Shown here: positions 1 through 12,837 of the stretch, piece by piece
Position numbering within the stretch: position 1 is the first letter of the stretch
How the letters are laid out: each line of letters begins with the position of its first letter
DNA from: Escherichia coli O157:H7
GTDB lineage: Bacteria; Pseudomonadota; Gammaproteobacteria; Enterobacterales; Enterobacteriaceae
Length of the DNA stretch: 64,000 bases
Direction: 5' to 3' (one strand)
NCBI RefSeq assembly: GCF_013167455.1
Contig: NZ_CP038328.1
Translations under genes and position numbers: made by a program
Notes under the pieces: model-generated
Database searches by the model: none
Told to the model about the DNA's origin: nothing
The model's input: only the letters and a program-made list of their open reading frames with translations

Positions 1-964
<964 letters not shown>

Positions 965-1082
965 CTAAAATTAGTCGCTTTTGGCGGTGAATGCTGAATT
1001 AAAACGCAGAATTTTGTCCGATAGTGGTATCGGTGTACCATTCGCGCAGAAGAAAATTCTTAACCTTAATCTGGAATACGCC

Positions 1083-1901
1083 ATGACCACACGCGTGATT
1101 GCTCTCGACTTAGACGGCACCTTATTGACCCCGAAAAAGACCCTGCTACCTTCATCGATAGAAGCCCTGGCCCGCGCTCGCGAAGCAGGTTATCAATTAA
1201 TCATCGTCACAGGTCGCCATCACGTCGCTATTCATCCTTTTTATCAGGCGCTGGCGCTGGATACACCTGCTATTTGCTGTAATGGCACCTATTTGTATGA
1301 TTATCATGCAAAAACCGTGCTGGAAGCGGACCCAATGCCCGTTAATAAAGCCCTACAACTCATTGAGATGCTGAATGAACACCACATTCACGGTCTGATG
1401 TATGTCGATGACGAGATGGTTTATGAGCACCCGACCGGGCATGTCATTCGCACGTCTAACTGGGCGCAAACCCTGCCGCCGGAACAGCGTCCGACTTTCA
1501 CACAAGTCGCTTCTCTGGCTGAAACGGCGCAACAAGTTAACGCCGTATGGAAGTTCGCCCTCACGCACGATGACCTGCCGCAATTGCAGCATTTTGGTAA
1601 GCATGTCGAACATGAACTGGGACTGGAGTGTGAATGGTCCTGGCACGATCAGGTTGATATTGCACGCGGCGGCAACAGCAAAGGTAAACGTTTGACGAAA
1701 TGGGTTGAGGCGCAAGGCTGGTCGATGGAAAACGTCGTGGCGTTCGGCGATAACTTTAATGATATCAGTATGCTGGAGGCCGCTGGTACAGGCGTGGCGA
1801 TGGGCAACGCCGATGACGCGGTAAAAGCGCGCGCCAACATTGTGATTGGTGATAACACCACCGACAGCATTGCCCAGTTCATTTATAGCCACCTGATTTA
1901 A
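1083..1901 (+). CDS. ybhA: HAD/Cof-family phosphatase (pyridoxal phosphate phosphatase YbhA)
   Basis: ORF track 981..1901; ATG at 1083 gives 272 aa starting MTTRVIALDLDGTLLTP (HAD motif DxDGT); upstream in-frame extension judged non-coding. Confidence 0.85.
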   Translation: MTTRVIALDLDGTLLTPKKTLLPSSIEALARAREAGYQLIIVTGRHHVAIHPFYQALALDTPAICCNGTYLYDYHAKTVLEADPMPVNKALQLIEMLNEHHIHGLMYVDDEMVYEHPTGHVIRTSNWAQTLPPEQRPTFTQVASLAETAQQVNAVWKFALTHDDLPQLQHFGKHVEHELGLECEWSWHDQVDIARGGNSKGKRLTKWVEAQGWSMENVVAFGDNFNDISMLEAAGTGVAMGNADDAVKARANIVIGDNTTDSIAQFIYSHLI

Positions 1902-2960
1902 TCAGGCGGTTATCGACACACTTTTAATTTGCGCGTACAGCCACAGGCCAGGTTTGATCGCCAGTTCATCCCTGGCCCACGGGCTGATACGCGCCCACAG
2001 CGTTTTACCGCCGACTTCCAGTTCCACTTCCACCTGGCCGTTGTCGTCATAACTATTAACAACTTTTGCCCGCAATACGTTACGAATGCTGGTTTGCTGC
2101 GGCGGTTGTAAAACCAGAGAAACATCGGAAGCCTGAATGCGGATACGTAGCGCAGCTTGCAGCGGTTCGTCCAGCTTATTGACCCACAAATGCTGATCGC
2201 CCAGCGCCAGCGCGGTCATCGCGTAATGCGGATGATGCTCAAGTACCGTCACTTTCAGAATGCTACTTTGTTGCTCTTTCGGCAGCCACGGATTCATCAC
2301 GCTACTACCCCAGACTTCTTCCAGCGCGCCAAAGGCTTTCACCTGACCGTTTTCCAGTACCATCACTCTGTCTGCCAGATGGAGGATCTCATCCAGCGAA
2401 TGGCTGACATACAACATCGGGATGTTGATTTCCCGCGTCAGACGTTGCAGATAAGGCAACAGTTCGCGTTTACGCGGAATATCCAGTGACGCCAGCGGTT
2501 CATCCAGCAACAGCAATTCTGGTGCCGTCAGCAAAGCCCGCCCAATCGCTACGCGCTGTTTTTCGCCTCCGGACAGGCTGCCTGGTAAACGGTCAAGCAA
2601 CGGTTCAATGCCTAAAAGCGCCACCAGCTTATCGAACTGATCGACCATGCTTTTCGCCATGCCGTAGCGCAGATTGCCACGCACTTTGTAATGCGGGAAC
2701 AGCCGCGCATCCTGAAAAACATAGCCAACGCGACGCTTTTCCGGCGTCAGGCAGATACCTTTTTCGGCATCATTTAGTACCCGACCATTGAGGACAATCC
2801 TCCCTTTTTGCGGGCGCGTCAGTCCACTGATGGCGTTAATCAGCGAAGTTTTTCCGGCACCGGAGACGCCAAAGATAGCAGTGATGCCATTGGCGGGCAG
2901 CGTTTCATTAATAGTCAGGCAATGGTTGCCCAACGTCTGGGAAAAATTCAGTTCCAGCAT
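1902..2960 (-). CDS. modC: molybdate ABC transporter ATP-binding protein
   Basis: 352 aa ORF with Walker [10 protein letters not shown] and ABC signature LSGGEKQRV; modABC order. Confidence 0.9.
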   Translation of the reverse strand: MLELNFSQTLGNHCLTINETLPANGITAIFGVSGAGKTSLINAISGLTRPQKGRIVLNGRVLNDAEKGICLTPEKRRVGYVFQDARLFPHYKVRGNLRYGMAKSMVDQFDKLVALLGIEPLLDRLPGSLSGGEKQRVAIGRALLTAPELLLLDEPLASLDIPRKRELLPYLQRLTREINIPMLYVSHSLDEILHLADRVMVLENGQVKAFGALEEVWGSSVMNPWLPKEQQSSILKVTVLEHHPHYAMTALALGDQHLWVNKLDEPLQAALRIRIQASDVSLVLQPPQQTSIRNVLRAKVVNSYDDNGQVEVELEVGGKTLWARISPWARDELAIKPGLWLYAQIKSVSITA

Positions 2961-2962
2961 GA

Positions 2963-3652
2963 TTAGCGCCCCGCCCGTTCACGGCTGATTCTGGCCAGCC
3001 ATTCTGAAATCAACAGGGAGATCATCGCCAGCGCAATAGAAATAATGCACAGTCTCGCTGCGCCACTTTCCCCGCCGGGGGTCTGAATCAGGGTATACAT
3101 GGCAGAAGGAATGGTTCGCGTTTCACCAGGAATGTTCGACACAAAGGTGATGGTTGCGCCAAATTCACCGAGAGAACGAGCAAAAGCCAGTACCGTACCA
3201 ACAATAATTCCCGGTAAGGTCAGCGGTAACGTGATAGTAAAGAAAACGCGCCAGCGCCCGGCCCCCAGTGTTCTTGCGGCCTGTTCCAGTTTGACATCAA
3301 CCCCTTCCAGCGCCAGACGAATTGCCCGCACCATCAGCGGAAACGACATGACGGCGGCAGCGAGAACCGCGCCGCGCCAGCTAAAGGCGAAGGTAATACC
3401 AAACCAGTCATACAGACGTTCACCGATAAATCCGCGCCGCCCCATCGAAACTAATAATAAGTAACCGACGACCACGGGCGGTAACACCAGCGGTAGATGC
3501 AGTACGCTGTCGAGCAGAGCTTTGCCCGGAAACGTGCAACGCACCAGTAACCAGGCAAAAAAGATCCCAAACGGCAGGCTAAACAGCACAGCCAGGGAAG
3601 AAACTTTCAGGCTTAATAAAACTGCCTGCCATTCTGGATCGGTCAGTATCAT
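2963..3652 (-). CDS. modB: molybdate ABC transporter permease
   Basis: 229 aa hydrophobic ORF between modA and modC; 1-nt overlap with modA stop. Confidence 0.9.
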   Translation of the reverse strand: MILTDPEWQAVLLSLKVSSLAVLFSLPFGIFFAWLLVRCTFPGKALLDSVLHLPLVLPPVVVGYLLLVSMGRRGFIGERLYDWFGITFAFSWRGAVLAAAVMSFPLMVRAIRLALEGVDVKLEQAARTLGAGRWRVFFTITLPLTLPGIIVGTVLAFARSLGEFGATITFVSNIPGETRTIPSAMYTLIQTPGGESGAARLCIISIALAMISLLISEWLARISRERAGR

Positions 3653-4425
3653 TACTTGGTTGTAAATCCGTAACGTTTAAAGATTTCCGCTGCCTGCGGT
3701 CCCTTCAGATAATCATAAAATGCTTTCACTGTCGCATTGTTATGCCCTTCCACAACAGCAACCGGATATTCCACTTTTTTATGTGAATCTTCCGGGAAGG
3801 TGGCAACCACTTTTACCCCTTTGCTAGCAACTGCGTCAGAACCGTAAACAATGCCCAACGGCGCTTCATTGCGTTCGACCAACGCCAGCGCGCCACGAAC
3901 ATCTTCCGCCGGAGCCAGTTTCGGGGAGAGCGTATCCCATGCGCCCAGTTTTTGCAGTGCTTCTTTTGCATAAATGCCAGCGGGAACATGTTCCGGATCG
4001 CCAACCGCCAGGCGACCGCCATTCAGCAGTGAAGTCCAGTTGGTTTTGCTGTCGATGGTAAAATCTTTCTGCTCGCTGGCTTTCGGTGCTACAACGACCA
4101 GGCTATTGCCGAGCAGTGTCTGACGCGTAGCTGTATCGATCGCTTTTTTATCAACCGCATAATCCATCCATTTCTGATCGGCAGAAATAAACAGATCCGC
4201 AGGGGCACCCGCTTCAATCTGACGGGCGAGAGTAGATGACGAAGCGAAAGAAGAAACCACATCCACGCCTTTCTCTTTTTTATACTGCGTAGCAATGTCC
4301 TGCATTGCGTTAGTCAGTGATGCGGCGGCGAACACCGTGATTTTCCCTTCATCTGCCAGTGCATTGCCAGCAACAGCGAAAGAGAGTGCCGCCCCAGCAA
4401 ACAAGTTCAACCATTTACGAGCCAT
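3652..4425 (-). CDS. modA: molybdate ABC transporter periplasmic binding protein
   Basis: 257 aa ORF with N-terminal signal peptide MARKWLNLFAGAALSFAVAGNALA; first gene of modABC. Confidence 0.9.
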   Translation of the reverse strand: MARKWLNLFAGAALSFAVAGNALADEGKITVFAAASLTNAMQDIATQYKKEKGVDVVSSFASSSTLARQIEAGAPADLFISADQKWMDYAVDKKAIDTATRQTLLGNSLVVVAPKASEQKDFTIDSKTNWTSLLNGGRLAVGDPEHVPAGIYAKEALQKLGAWDTLSPKLAPAEDVRGALALVERNEAPLGIVYGSDAVASKGVKVVATFPEDSHKKVEYPVAVVEGHNNATVKAFYDYLKGPQAAEIFKRYGFTTK

Positions 4426-4437
4426 TGGTAACCCCTT

Positions 4438-4469
4438 AATGTAACGTTATGTAGGCGACAATATAACGA
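4438..4469. promoter_or_regulatory. ModE operator in the modA promoter
   Basis: Sequence reads (reverse complement) CGTTATATTGTCGCCTACATAACGTTACATTAAGG, matching the known ModE-binding operator, immediately upstream of modA. Confidence 0.65.
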
Positions 4470-4562
4470 CTAACTCGGAATTTTCCCAGCAGTTATTGCT
4501 AACCTTTGTGAGGTAGATAAGAAAAAATATCGGCAGGAAAAGCAGGAAGTTGAGAAAAAGAA

Positions 4563-4586
4563 AATGCCCGACTAAGCGGGCATTCA
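4563..4586 (-). terminator. Rho-independent terminator downstream of acrZ
   Basis: GC hairpin GCCCG-N5-CGGGC followed by a T-run on the minus strand just after the acrZ stop. Confidence 0.5.
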
Positions 4587-4591
4587 GGGAA

Positions 4592-4759
<168 letters not shown>

Positions 4760-4869
4760 TCATGAGACTATTCTAACCGCTAAGCACAGAAAAGCACTCC
4801 CCTTTTGTGCGGTCAGCTTTGCGTGGCGTTCGTTTTCCGTCACAATAAGACTTTTGCCAGGACATTGTT

Positions 4870-5658
4870 ATGCAGGCCGAAATCCTTCTCACCCTTAAGC
4901 TCCAACAAAAATTATTCGCCGACCCGCGCCGCATTTCGCTACTAAAACACATTGCGCTTTCCGGTTCCATTAGCCAGGGAGCGAAAGATGCCGGTATCAG
5001 CTATAAAAGCGCCTGGGATGCCATTAACGAGATGAATCAGTTAAGTGAGCATATTCTGGTCGAGCGCGCAACAGGCGGTAAAGGTGGCGGCGGCGCAGTA
5101 CTGACCCGCTATGGTCAGCGACTGATTCAGCTCTATGACTTACTGGCGCAAATCCAGCAAAAAGCCTTTGATGTGTTAAGTGACGATGACGCCCTGCCGC
5201 TGAACAGCCTGCTGGCCGCGATCTCACGTTTTTCACTCCAAACCAGCGCCCGTAACCAGTGGTTCGGTACCATCACCGCCCGCGATCATGATGACGTTCA
5301 ACAGCATGTTGATGTCTTACTGGCTGATGGAAAAACACGCCTGAAAGTCGCAATTACCGCACAAAGCGGCGCGCGTCTGGGGCTGGATGAAGGCAAAGAA
5401 GTGTTGATATTGCTAAAAGCGCCGTGGGTAGGCATTACTCAGGACGAAGCGGTCGCGCAAAACGCTGACAACCAATTACCGGGTATTATTAGTCATATTG
5501 AGCGCGGCGCAGAGCAGTGCGAAGTATTAATGGCGCTACCGGACGGGCAAACACTGTGCGCCACAGTGCCGGTAAATGAAGCGACTTCTCTTCAGCAAGG
5601 ACAGAATGTCACGGCCTACTTTAATGCCGACAGCGTGATTATCGCCACACTGTGCTAA
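4870..5658 (+). CDS. modE: molybdate-responsive transcriptional regulator ModE
   Basis: 262 aa ORF divergent from modABC; N-terminal HTH and C-terminal Mop domains recognised by eye. Confidence 0.9.
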   Translation: MQAEILLTLKLQQKLFADPRRISLLKHIALSGSISQGAKDAGISYKSAWDAINEMNQLSEHILVERATGGKGGGGAVLTRYGQRLIQLYDLLAQIQQKAFDVLSDDDALPLNSLLAAISRFSLQTSARNQWFGTITARDHDDVQQHVDVLLADGKTRLKVAITAQSGARLGLDEGKEVLILLKAPWVGITQDEAVAQNADNQLPGIISHIERGAEQCEVLMALPDGQTLCATVPVNEATSLQQGQNVTAYFNADSVIIATLC

Positions 5659-5725
5659 GCGTGTTGACAATTTGTTATGAAACACGTATCCCTGTCAGTA
5701 ATCGCTGCACAAAATGGGATATAAA

Positions 5726-7198
5726 ATGTCATCGTTGCAAATTTTGCAAGGCACGTTTCGTCTTAGCGACACAAAAACGCTGCAATTGCCTCAGCTAACG
5801 TTAAACGCGGGTGATAGTTGGGCGTTTGTCGGTTCGAATGGAAGCGGGAAATCGGCCCTGGCCCGCGCGCTGGCGGGGGAACTTCCGCTTTTGAAAGGTG
5901 AACGGCAAAGCCAGTTTTCCCACATCACTCGTCTCTCCTTCGAGCAATTGCAAAAGCTCGTCAGCGACGAATGGCAGCGGAATAACACCGATATGCTCGG
6001 CCCTGGCGAAGATGACACCGGACGCACTACGGCTGAGATTATTCAGGATGAAGTAAAGGATGCACCGCGCTGCATGCAACTGGCACAGCAGTTCGGTATT
6101 ACCCCCCTCCTCGACCGACGCTTTAAATACCTTTCCACTGGCGAGACGCGAAAAACCCTGCTGTGTCAGGCGCTGATGTCGGAGCCTGACTTGTTGATTC
6201 TTGATGAGCCGTTCGATGGCCTGGATGTTGCCTCACGTCAGCAGCTGGCTGAGCGACTCGCCTCGTTACATCAGTCCGGTATTACTCTGGTACTGGTGCT
6301 CAATCGCTTCGATGAGATCCCGGAGTTTGTCCAGTTTGCTGGCGTGCTGGCGGATTGCACGTTAGCGGAAACTGGCGCTAAAGAGGAACTGCTCCAACAA
6401 GCACTCGTCGCGCAACTGGCGCATAGTGAACAGCTTGAAGGTGTGCAACTGCCGGAGCCGGATGAACCTTCAGCACGTCACGCCTTACCCGCCAACGAAC
6501 CGCGCATTGTGCTGAATAATGGCGTGGTTTCTTATAACGATCGCCCCATTCTTAATAACCTTAGCTGGCAGGTGAATCCAGGTGAACACTGGCAAATTGT
6601 CGGGCCAAATGGCGCGGGAAAATCGACGTTATTAAGCCTGATTACTGGCGATCATCCGCAAGGTTACAGCAACGATTTGACGCTTTTCGGACGACGTCGT
6701 GGCAGCGGCGAAACCATCTGGGATATCAAAAAGCATATCGGTTACGTCAGCAGTAGTTTGCATCTGGATTACCGGGTCAGTACTACTGTGCGTAATGTGA
6801 TTCTTTCTGGCTATTTTGATTCGATTGGCATTTATCAGGCCGTTTCGGATCGCCAGCAAAAACTGGTGCAGCAGTGGCTGGATATTCTCGGCATTGATAA
6901 ACGCACGGCTGACGCTCCGTTCCATAGTCTTTCCTGGGGACAGCAGCGTCTGGCGCTGATCGTCCGCGCACTGGTGAAACATCCGACGTTGCTTATTCTC
7001 GACGAACCATTGCAGGGGCTTGATCCGCTCAATCGCCAGCTTATTCGCCGTTTTGTTGATGTGCTGATTAGCGAAGGTGAAACGCAATTGTTGTTTGTTT
7101 CGCACCATGCTGAAGATGCGCCGGCTTGTATTACCCATCGTCTGGAGTTCGTGCCGGACGGTGGCCTCTATCATTATGCGCTGACAAAAATAAACTAA
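5726..7198 (+). CDS. modF: ABC-type ATPase ModF (two ATP-binding domains)
   Basis: ORF track 5714..7198; ATG at 5726 gives 490 aa starting MSSLQILQGTF; two Walker A motifs (GSNGSGKSA, GPNGAGKST). Confidence 0.85.
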   Translation: MSSLQILQGTFRLSDTKTLQLPQLTLNAGDSWAFVGSNGSGKSALARALAGELPLLKGERQSQFSHITRLSFEQLQKLVSDEWQRNNTDMLGPGEDDTGRTTAEIIQDEVKDAPRCMQLAQQFGITPLLDRRFKYLSTGETRKTLLCQALMSEPDLLILDEPFDGLDVASRQQLAERLASLHQSGITLVLVLNRFDEIPEFVQFAGVLADCTLAETGAKEELLQQALVAQLAHSEQLEGVQLPEPDEPSARHALPANEPRIVLNNGVVSYNDRPILNNLSWQVNPGEHWQIVGPNGAGKSTLLSLITGDHPQGYSNDLTLFGRRRGSGETIWDIKKHIGYVSSSLHLDYRVSTTVRNVILSGYFDSIGIYQAVSDRQQKLVQQWLDILGIDKRTADAPFHSLSWGQQRLALIVRALVKHPTLLILDEPLQGLDPLNRQLIRRFVDVLISEGETQLLFVSHHAEDAPACITHRLEFVPDGGLYHYALTKIN

Positions 7199-7214
7199 GT
7201 CGGTAATGCTGACT

Positions 7215-7288
7215 GTGCCGGATGCGGCGTAAACGCTTTATCCGGCACACGGTCAGACGCATCCAGGCATGAAACTGCGTCTTTTTTT
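7215..7288 (+). repeat. REP-like palindromic element plus terminator hairpin downstream of modF
   Basis: GCCGGATGCGGCGTAAACGCTTTATCCGGC palindrome followed by hairpin GACGCA...TGCGTC and a T7 run. Confidence 0.5.
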
Positions 7289-7365
7289 CAGATAAAAAGC
7301 GCAATCATTCACAATCCCTCTGTTTTATAATCACTTAATCGCGCATAAAAAACGGCTAAATTCTT

Positions 7366-7381
7366 GTGTAAACGATTCCAC
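7366..7381. promoter_or_regulatory. gal operator OE (GalR/GalS site)
   Basis: GTGTAAACGATTCCAC upstream of galE, matching the gal external operator. Confidence 0.7.
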
Positions 7382-7459
7382 TAATTTATTCCATGTCACA
7401 CTTTTCGCATCTTTGTTATGCTATGGTTATTTCATACCATAAGCCTAATGGAGCGAATT

Positions 7460-8476
7460 ATGAGAGTTCTGGTCACTGGTGGTAGCGGTTACATTGGAAG
7501 TCATACCTGTGTGCAATTACTGCAAAACGGTCATGATGTCATCATTCTTGATAACCTCTGTAACAGTAAGCGCAGCGTACTGCCTGTTATCGAGCGTTTA
7601 GGCGGCAAACATCCGACGTTTGTTGAAGGCGATATCCGTAACGAAGCGTTGATGACCGAGATCCTGCACGATCACGCTATCGACACCGTGATCCACTTCG
7701 CCGGGCTGAAAGCCGTTGGCGAATCGGTACAAAAACCGCTGGAATATTACGACAACAATGTCAACGGTACTCTGCGCCTGATTAGCGCCATGCGCGCCGC
7801 TAACGTCAAAAACTTTATTTTTAGCTCCTCCGCCACCGTTTATGGCGATCAGCCCAAAATTCCATACGTTGAAAGCTTCCCGACCGGCACACCGCAAAGC
7901 CCTTACGGCAAAAGCAAGCTGATGGTGGAACAGATCCTCACCGATCTGCAAAAAGCCCAGCCGGACTGGAGCATTGCCCTGCTGCGCTACTTCAACCCGG
8001 TTGGCGCACATCCGTCGGGCGATATGGGCGAAGATCCGCAAGGCATTCCGAATAACCTTATGCCATACATCGCCCAGGTTGCTGTAGGCCGTCGCGACTC
8101 GCTGGCGATTTTTGGTAACGATTATCCGACCGAAGACGGTACTGGCGTACGCGATTACATCCACGTAATGGATCTGGCGGACGGTCACGTCGTGGCGATG
8201 GAAAAACTGGCGAACAAGCCAGGCGTACACATCTACAACCTCGGTGCTGGCGTAGGCAGCAGCGTGCTGGACGTGGTTAATGCCTTCAGCAAAGCCTGCG
8301 GCAAACCGGTTAACTATCATTTTGCACCGCGTCGCGAGGGCGACCTTCCGGCCTACTGGGCGGACGCCAGCAAAGCCGACCGTGAACTGAACTGGCGCGT
8401 AACGCGCACACTCGATGAAATGGCGCAGGACACCTGGCACTGGCAGTCACGCCATCCACAGGGATATCCCGATTAA
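7460..8476 (+). CDS. galE: UDP-glucose 4-epimerase
   Basis: ORF track 7418..8476; ATG at 7460 gives 338 aa MRVLVTGGSGYIGSHT (Rossmann GxxGxxG). Confidence 0.9.
   Translation: MRVLVTGGSGYIGSHTCVQLLQNGHDVIILDNLCNSKRSVLPVIERLGGKHPTFVEGDIRNEALMTEILHDHAIDTVIHFAGLKAVGESVQKPLEYYDNNVNGTLRLISAMRAANVKNFIFSSSATVYGDQPKIPYVESFPTGTPQSPYGKSKLMVEQILTDLQKAQPDWSIALLRYFNPVGAHPSGDMGEDPQGIPNNLMPYIAQVAVGRRDSLAIFGNDYPTEDGTGVRDYIHVMDLADGHVVAMEKLANKPGVHIYNLGAGVGSSVLDVVNAFSKACGKPVNYHFAPRREGDLPAYWADASKADRELNWRVTRTLDEMAQDTWHWQSRHPQGYPD
7489..7504. promoter_or_regulatory. gal operator OI (internal, within galE)
   Basis: GTGGTAGCGGTTACAT inside the 5' end of galE, matching the internal gal operator. Confidence 0.65.
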
Positions 8477-8485
8477 GGAACGACC

Positions 8486-9532
8486 ATGACGCAATTTAAT
8501 CCCGTTGATCATCCACATCGCCGCTACAACCAGCTCACCGGGCAATGGATTCTGGTTTCACCGCACCGCGCTAAGCGCCCCTGGCAGGGGGCGCAGGAAA
8601 CGCCAGCCAAACAGGTGTTACCTGCGCACGATCCAGATTGCTTCCTCTGCGCAGGTAATGTGCGGGTGACAGGCGATAAAAACCCCGATTACACCGGGAC
8701 TTACGTTTTCACTAATGACTTTGCGGCCTTGATGTCTGACACGCCAGATGCGCCAGAAAGCAACGATCCTTTGATGCGTTGCCAGAGCGCGCGCGGTACC
8801 AGCCGGGTGATCTGCTTTTCACCGGATCACAGTAAAACGCTGCCAGAACTGAGCGTTGCGGCATTGACGGAAATCGTCAAAACCTGGCAGGAGCAAACCG
8901 CAGAACTGGGGAAAACATACCCGTGGGTGCAGGTCTTTGAAAACAAAGGTGCGGCGATGGGCTGCTCTAACCCGCATCCGCACGGACAGATTTGGGCAAA
9001 TAGCTTCCTGCCTAACGAAGCTGAGCGCGAAGACCGCCTGCAAAAAGAATATTTTGCCGAGCAGAAATCGCCAATGCTGGTGGATTATGTTCAGCGCGAG
9101 CTGGCAGACGGTAGCCGTACCGTTGTCGAAACCGAACACTGGTTAGCAGTTGTGCCTTACTGGGCTGCCTGGCCGTTCGAAACGCTACTTCTGCCCAAAG
9201 CCCACGTTTTGCGGATCACCGATTTGACCGACGCCCAGCGCAGCGATTTGGCACTGGCGTTGAAAAAGCTGACCAGTCGTTATGACAACCTCTTCCAGTG
9301 CTCCTTCCCCTACTCTATGGGCTGGCACGGCGCACCGTTTAATGGCGAAGAGAATCAACACTGGCAGCTGCACGCGCACTTTTATCCGCCTCTGTTGCGC
9401 TCCGCCACCGTACGTAAATTTATGGTTGGTTATGAAATGCTGGCAGAAACCCAGCGAGACCTGACCGCAGAACAGGCAGCAGAGCGTTTGCGCGCAGTCA
9501 GCGATATCCATTTTCGCGAATCCGGAGTGTAA
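8486..9532 (+). CDS. galT: galactose-1-phosphate uridylyltransferase
   Basis: 348 aa ORF; HPH active-site motif (NPHPHGQ) present; gal operon order. Confidence 0.9.
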   Translation: MTQFNPVDHPHRRYNQLTGQWILVSPHRAKRPWQGAQETPAKQVLPAHDPDCFLCAGNVRVTGDKNPDYTGTYVFTNDFAALMSDTPDAPESNDPLMRCQSARGTSRVICFSPDHSKTLPELSVAALTEIVKTWQEQTAELGKTYPWVQVFENKGAAMGCSNPHPHGQIWANSFLPNEAEREDRLQKEYFAEQKSPMLVDYVQRELADGSRTVVETEHWLAVVPYWAAWPFETLLLPKAHVLRITDLTDAQRSDLALALKKLTSRYDNLFQCSFPYSMGWHGAPFNGEENQHWQLHAHFYPPLLRSATVRKFMVGYEMLAETQRDLTAEQAAERLRAVSDIHFRESGV

Positions 9533-9535
9533 GAA

Positions 9536-10684
9536 ATGAGTCTGAAAGAAAAAACACAATCTCTGTTTGCCAACGCATTTGGCTACCCTGCCACTCATAC
9601 CATTCAGGCGCCTGGCCGCGTGAATTTGATTGGTGAACACACCGACTACAACGACGGTTTCGTTCTGCCCTGCGCGATTGATTATCAAACCGTGATCAGC
9701 TGTGCGCCACGCGATGACCGTAAAGTTCGCGTAATGGCAGCCGATTATGAAAATCAGCTTGATGAGTTTTCCCTTGATGCGCCCATTGTCGCGCATGAAA
9801 ACTATCAATGGGCGAACTACGTTCGTGGCGTGGTGAAACATCTGCAACTGCGTAACAACAGCTTCGGCGGTGTGGACATGGTGATCAGCGGCAATGTGCC
9901 GCAGGGTGCCGGGTTAAGTTCTTCCGCTTCACTGGAAGTCGCGGTCGGAACCGTATTGCAGCAGCTTTATCATCTGCCGCTGGACGGCGCACAAATCGCG
10001 CTTAACGGTCAGGAAGCAGAAAACCAGTTTGTTGGCTGTAACTGCGGGATCATGGATCAGCTAATTTCCGCACTCGGCAAGAAAGATCATGCCTTGCTGA
10101 TTGACTGTCGCTCACTGGGGACCAAAGCAGTTTCCATGCCGAAAGGTGTGGCTGTCGTCATCATCAACAGTAACTTCAAACGTACCCTGGTTGGCAGCGA
10201 ATACAACACCCGTCGTGAACAGTGCGAAACCGGTGCGCGTTTCTTCCAGCAGCCAGCTCTGCGCGATGTCACCATTGAAGAGTTCAACGCTGTTGCACAT
10301 GAGCTGGACCCAATCGTGGCGAAACGCGTGCGTCATATCCTGACTGAAAACGCCCGCACCGTTGAAGCTGCCAGCGCGCTGGAGCAAGGCGACCTGAAAC
10401 GTATGGGCGAGTTGATGGCGGAGTCTCATGCCTCTATGCGCGATGATTTCGAAATCACCGTGCCGCAAATTGACACTCTGGTAGAAATCGTCAAAGCTGT
10501 GATTGGCGACAAAGGTGGCGTACGCATGACCGGCGGCGGATTTGGCGGCTGTATCGTCGCGCTGATCCCGGAAGAGCTGGTGCCTGCCGTACAGCAAGCT
10601 GTCGCAGAACAATATGAAGCAAAAACAGGTATTAAAGAGACTTTTTACGTTTGTAAACCATCACAAGGAGCAGGACAGTGCTGA
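9536..10684 (+). CDS. galK: galactokinase
   Basis: 382 aa ORF with GHMP-kinase motif [11 protein letters not shown]. Confidence 0.9.
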
Positions 10685-11718
10685 ACGAAACTCCCGCACT
10701 GGCACCCGATGGTCAGCCGTACCGACTGTTAACTTTGCGTAACAACGCAGGGATGGTAGTCACGCTGATGGACTGGGGTGCGACTTTACTTTCAGCCCGT
10801 ATTCCGCTTTCCGATGGCAGCGTCCGCGAGGCGCTGCTCGGCTGTGCCAGCCCGGAATGCTATCAGGATCAGGCCGCGTTTCTGGGTGCCTCTATTGGTC
10901 GTTATGCCAACCGCATCGCCAATAGTCGTTATACCTTTGACGGTGAAACCGTGACGCTTTCGCCAAGTCAGGGCGTTAACCAGCTGCACGGCGGCCCGGA
11001 AGGGTTCGACAAACGTCGCTGGCAGATTGTGAACCAGAACGATCGTCAGGTGCTGTTTGCCCTGAGTTCAGATGATGGCGATCAGGGCTTCCCGGGTAAT
11101 CTCGGCGCGACGGTGCAATATCGTCTGACCGACGATAACCGTATCTCCATTACTTATCGCGCCACAGTTGATAAACCTTGCCCGGTGAATATGACTAATC
11201 ACGTCTATTTCAATCTTGACGGCAAGCAGTCTGACGTGCGCAATCACAAGTTGCAGATTCTGGCGGACGAATATCTGCCGGTTGATGAAGGCGGTATTCC
11301 GCACGACGGCCTGAAATCTGTCGCCGGAACGTCTTTTGATTTCCGCAGCGCCAAAATCATCGCCAGTGAGTTTCTTGCCGACGACGATCAGCGCAAAGTG
11401 AAAGGTTACGATCACGCATTCTTGTTACAGGCCAAAGGCGATGGCAAGAAAGTGGCGGCGCATGTCTGGTCAGCAGATGAAAAATTGCAGCTGAAGGTCT
11501 ACACCACCGCTCCGGCTCTGCAATTCTACTCCGGCAACTACCTCGGCGGCACACCGTCGCGGGGAACCGAACCTTACGCCGACTGGCAAGGGCTGGCGTT
11601 GGAAAGCGAGTTTCTGCCGGACAGCCCGAACCACCCTGAATGGCCGCAACCGGACTGTTTCCTGCATCCTGGTGAAGAGTATTCCAGCCTGACGGAATAT
11701 CAGTTTATTGCTGAGTAA
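10678..11718 (+). CDS. galM: galactose mutarotase (aldose 1-epimerase)
   Basis: 346 aa ORF overlapping the galK 3' end; last gene of galETKM. Confidence 0.9.
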
Positions 11719-11723
11719 TGTTA

Positions 11724-11746
11724 AGCCCTCGTCATGAGGGCTTTAT
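11724..11746 (+). terminator. Hairpin terminator after galM
   Basis: GCCCTC-GTCAT-GAGGGC hairpin followed by TTTAT, directly after the galM stop. Confidence 0.45.
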
Positions 11747-11919
11747 CTCATATTGTTCAAATCACCAGCAAACACCGACATATTTGCAACTCAATATTCA
11801 CAACAACCTTACACTGCGCCACTATTTTCGCTATGGTTATGCGTAAGCATTGCTGTTGCTTCGTCACGGCAATATAATGAGAATTATTATCATTAAAAGA
11901 TGATTTGAGGAGTAAGTAT

Positions 11920-12672
11920 ATGGCTGTAACTAAGCTGGTTCTGGTTCGTCATGGCGAAAGTCAGTGGAACAAAGAAAACCGTTTCACCGGTTGGTACGAC
12001 GTGGATCTGTCTGAGAAAGGCGTAAGCGAAGCAAAAGCAGCAGGTAAGCTGCTGAAAGAGGAAGGTTACAGCTTTGACTTTGCTTACACCTCTGTGCTGA
12101 AACGCGCTATCCATACCCTGTGGAATGTGCTGGACGAACTGGATCAGGCATGGCTGCCCGTTGAGAAATCCTGGAAACTGAACGAACGTCACTACGGTGC
12201 GTTGCAGGGTCTGAACAAAGCGGAAACTGCTGAAAAATATGGCGACGAGCAGGTGAAACAGTGGCGTCGTGGTTTTGCAGTGACTCCGCCGGAACTGACT
12301 AAAGATGATGAGCGTTATCCGGGTCACGATCCGCGTTACGCGAAACTGAGCGAGAAAGAACTGCCGCTGACGGAAAGCCTGGCGCTGACCATTGACCGCG
12401 TGATCCCTTACTGGAATGAAACCATTCTGCCGCGTATGAAGAGCGGTGAGCGCGTAATCATCGCTGCACACGGTAACTCGTTACGTGCGCTGGTGAAATA
12501 TCTCGATAACATGAGCGAAGAAGAGATTCTTGAGCTGAATATCCCGACCGGCGTGCCGCTGGTTTATGAGTTTGACGAGAACTTCAAACCGCTGAAACGC
12601 TATTATCTGGGTAATGCTGACGAGATCGCGGCGAAAGCAGCAGCCGTTGCGAACCAGGGTAAAGCGAAGTAA
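11920..12672 (+). CDS. gpmA: 2,3-bisphosphoglycerate-dependent phosphoglycerate mutase
   Basis: ORF track 11905..12672; ATG at 11920 gives 250 aa [17 protein letters not shown] (RHGE catalytic motif). Confidence 0.9.
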
Positions 12673-12696
12673 ACGTCATTCGTTTAAAAATGAGAA

Positions 12697-12726
12697 AGCC
12701 GACTGCAAGTGAGTCGGCTTTTTTGT
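12697..12726 (+). terminator. Rho-independent terminator of gpmA
   Basis: AAGCCGACT-loop-AGTCGGCTT hairpin followed by TTTTT. Confidence 0.6.
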
Positions 12727-12753
12727 TTGTCGTCGCTAACAATGGAGCACATT

Positions 12754-12828
12754 GCCTGATGCGACGCTGCGCGTCTTGTCAGGGCTACGGTGATTCATCG
12801 GATACGCCACTCTGACGGCGCATCCGAC
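12754..12828. repeat. REP elements between gpmA and aroG
   Basis: GCCTGATGCGACGCTGCGCGTCTTGTCAGGGCTACGG and a second REP-like palindrome (GGATACGCC...GGCGCATCCG). Confidence 0.55.
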
Positions 12829-12837
12829 AATTAAACT

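Noticed and set aside
981-1082. N-terminal extension of ybhA from the ORF-track start
   Set aside because: The conserved HAD phosphatase N-terminus begins at the ATG at 1083; the upstream in-frame stretch is the promoter region.
7598-8440. 280-aa minus-strand ORF
   Set aside because: Antisense to galE.
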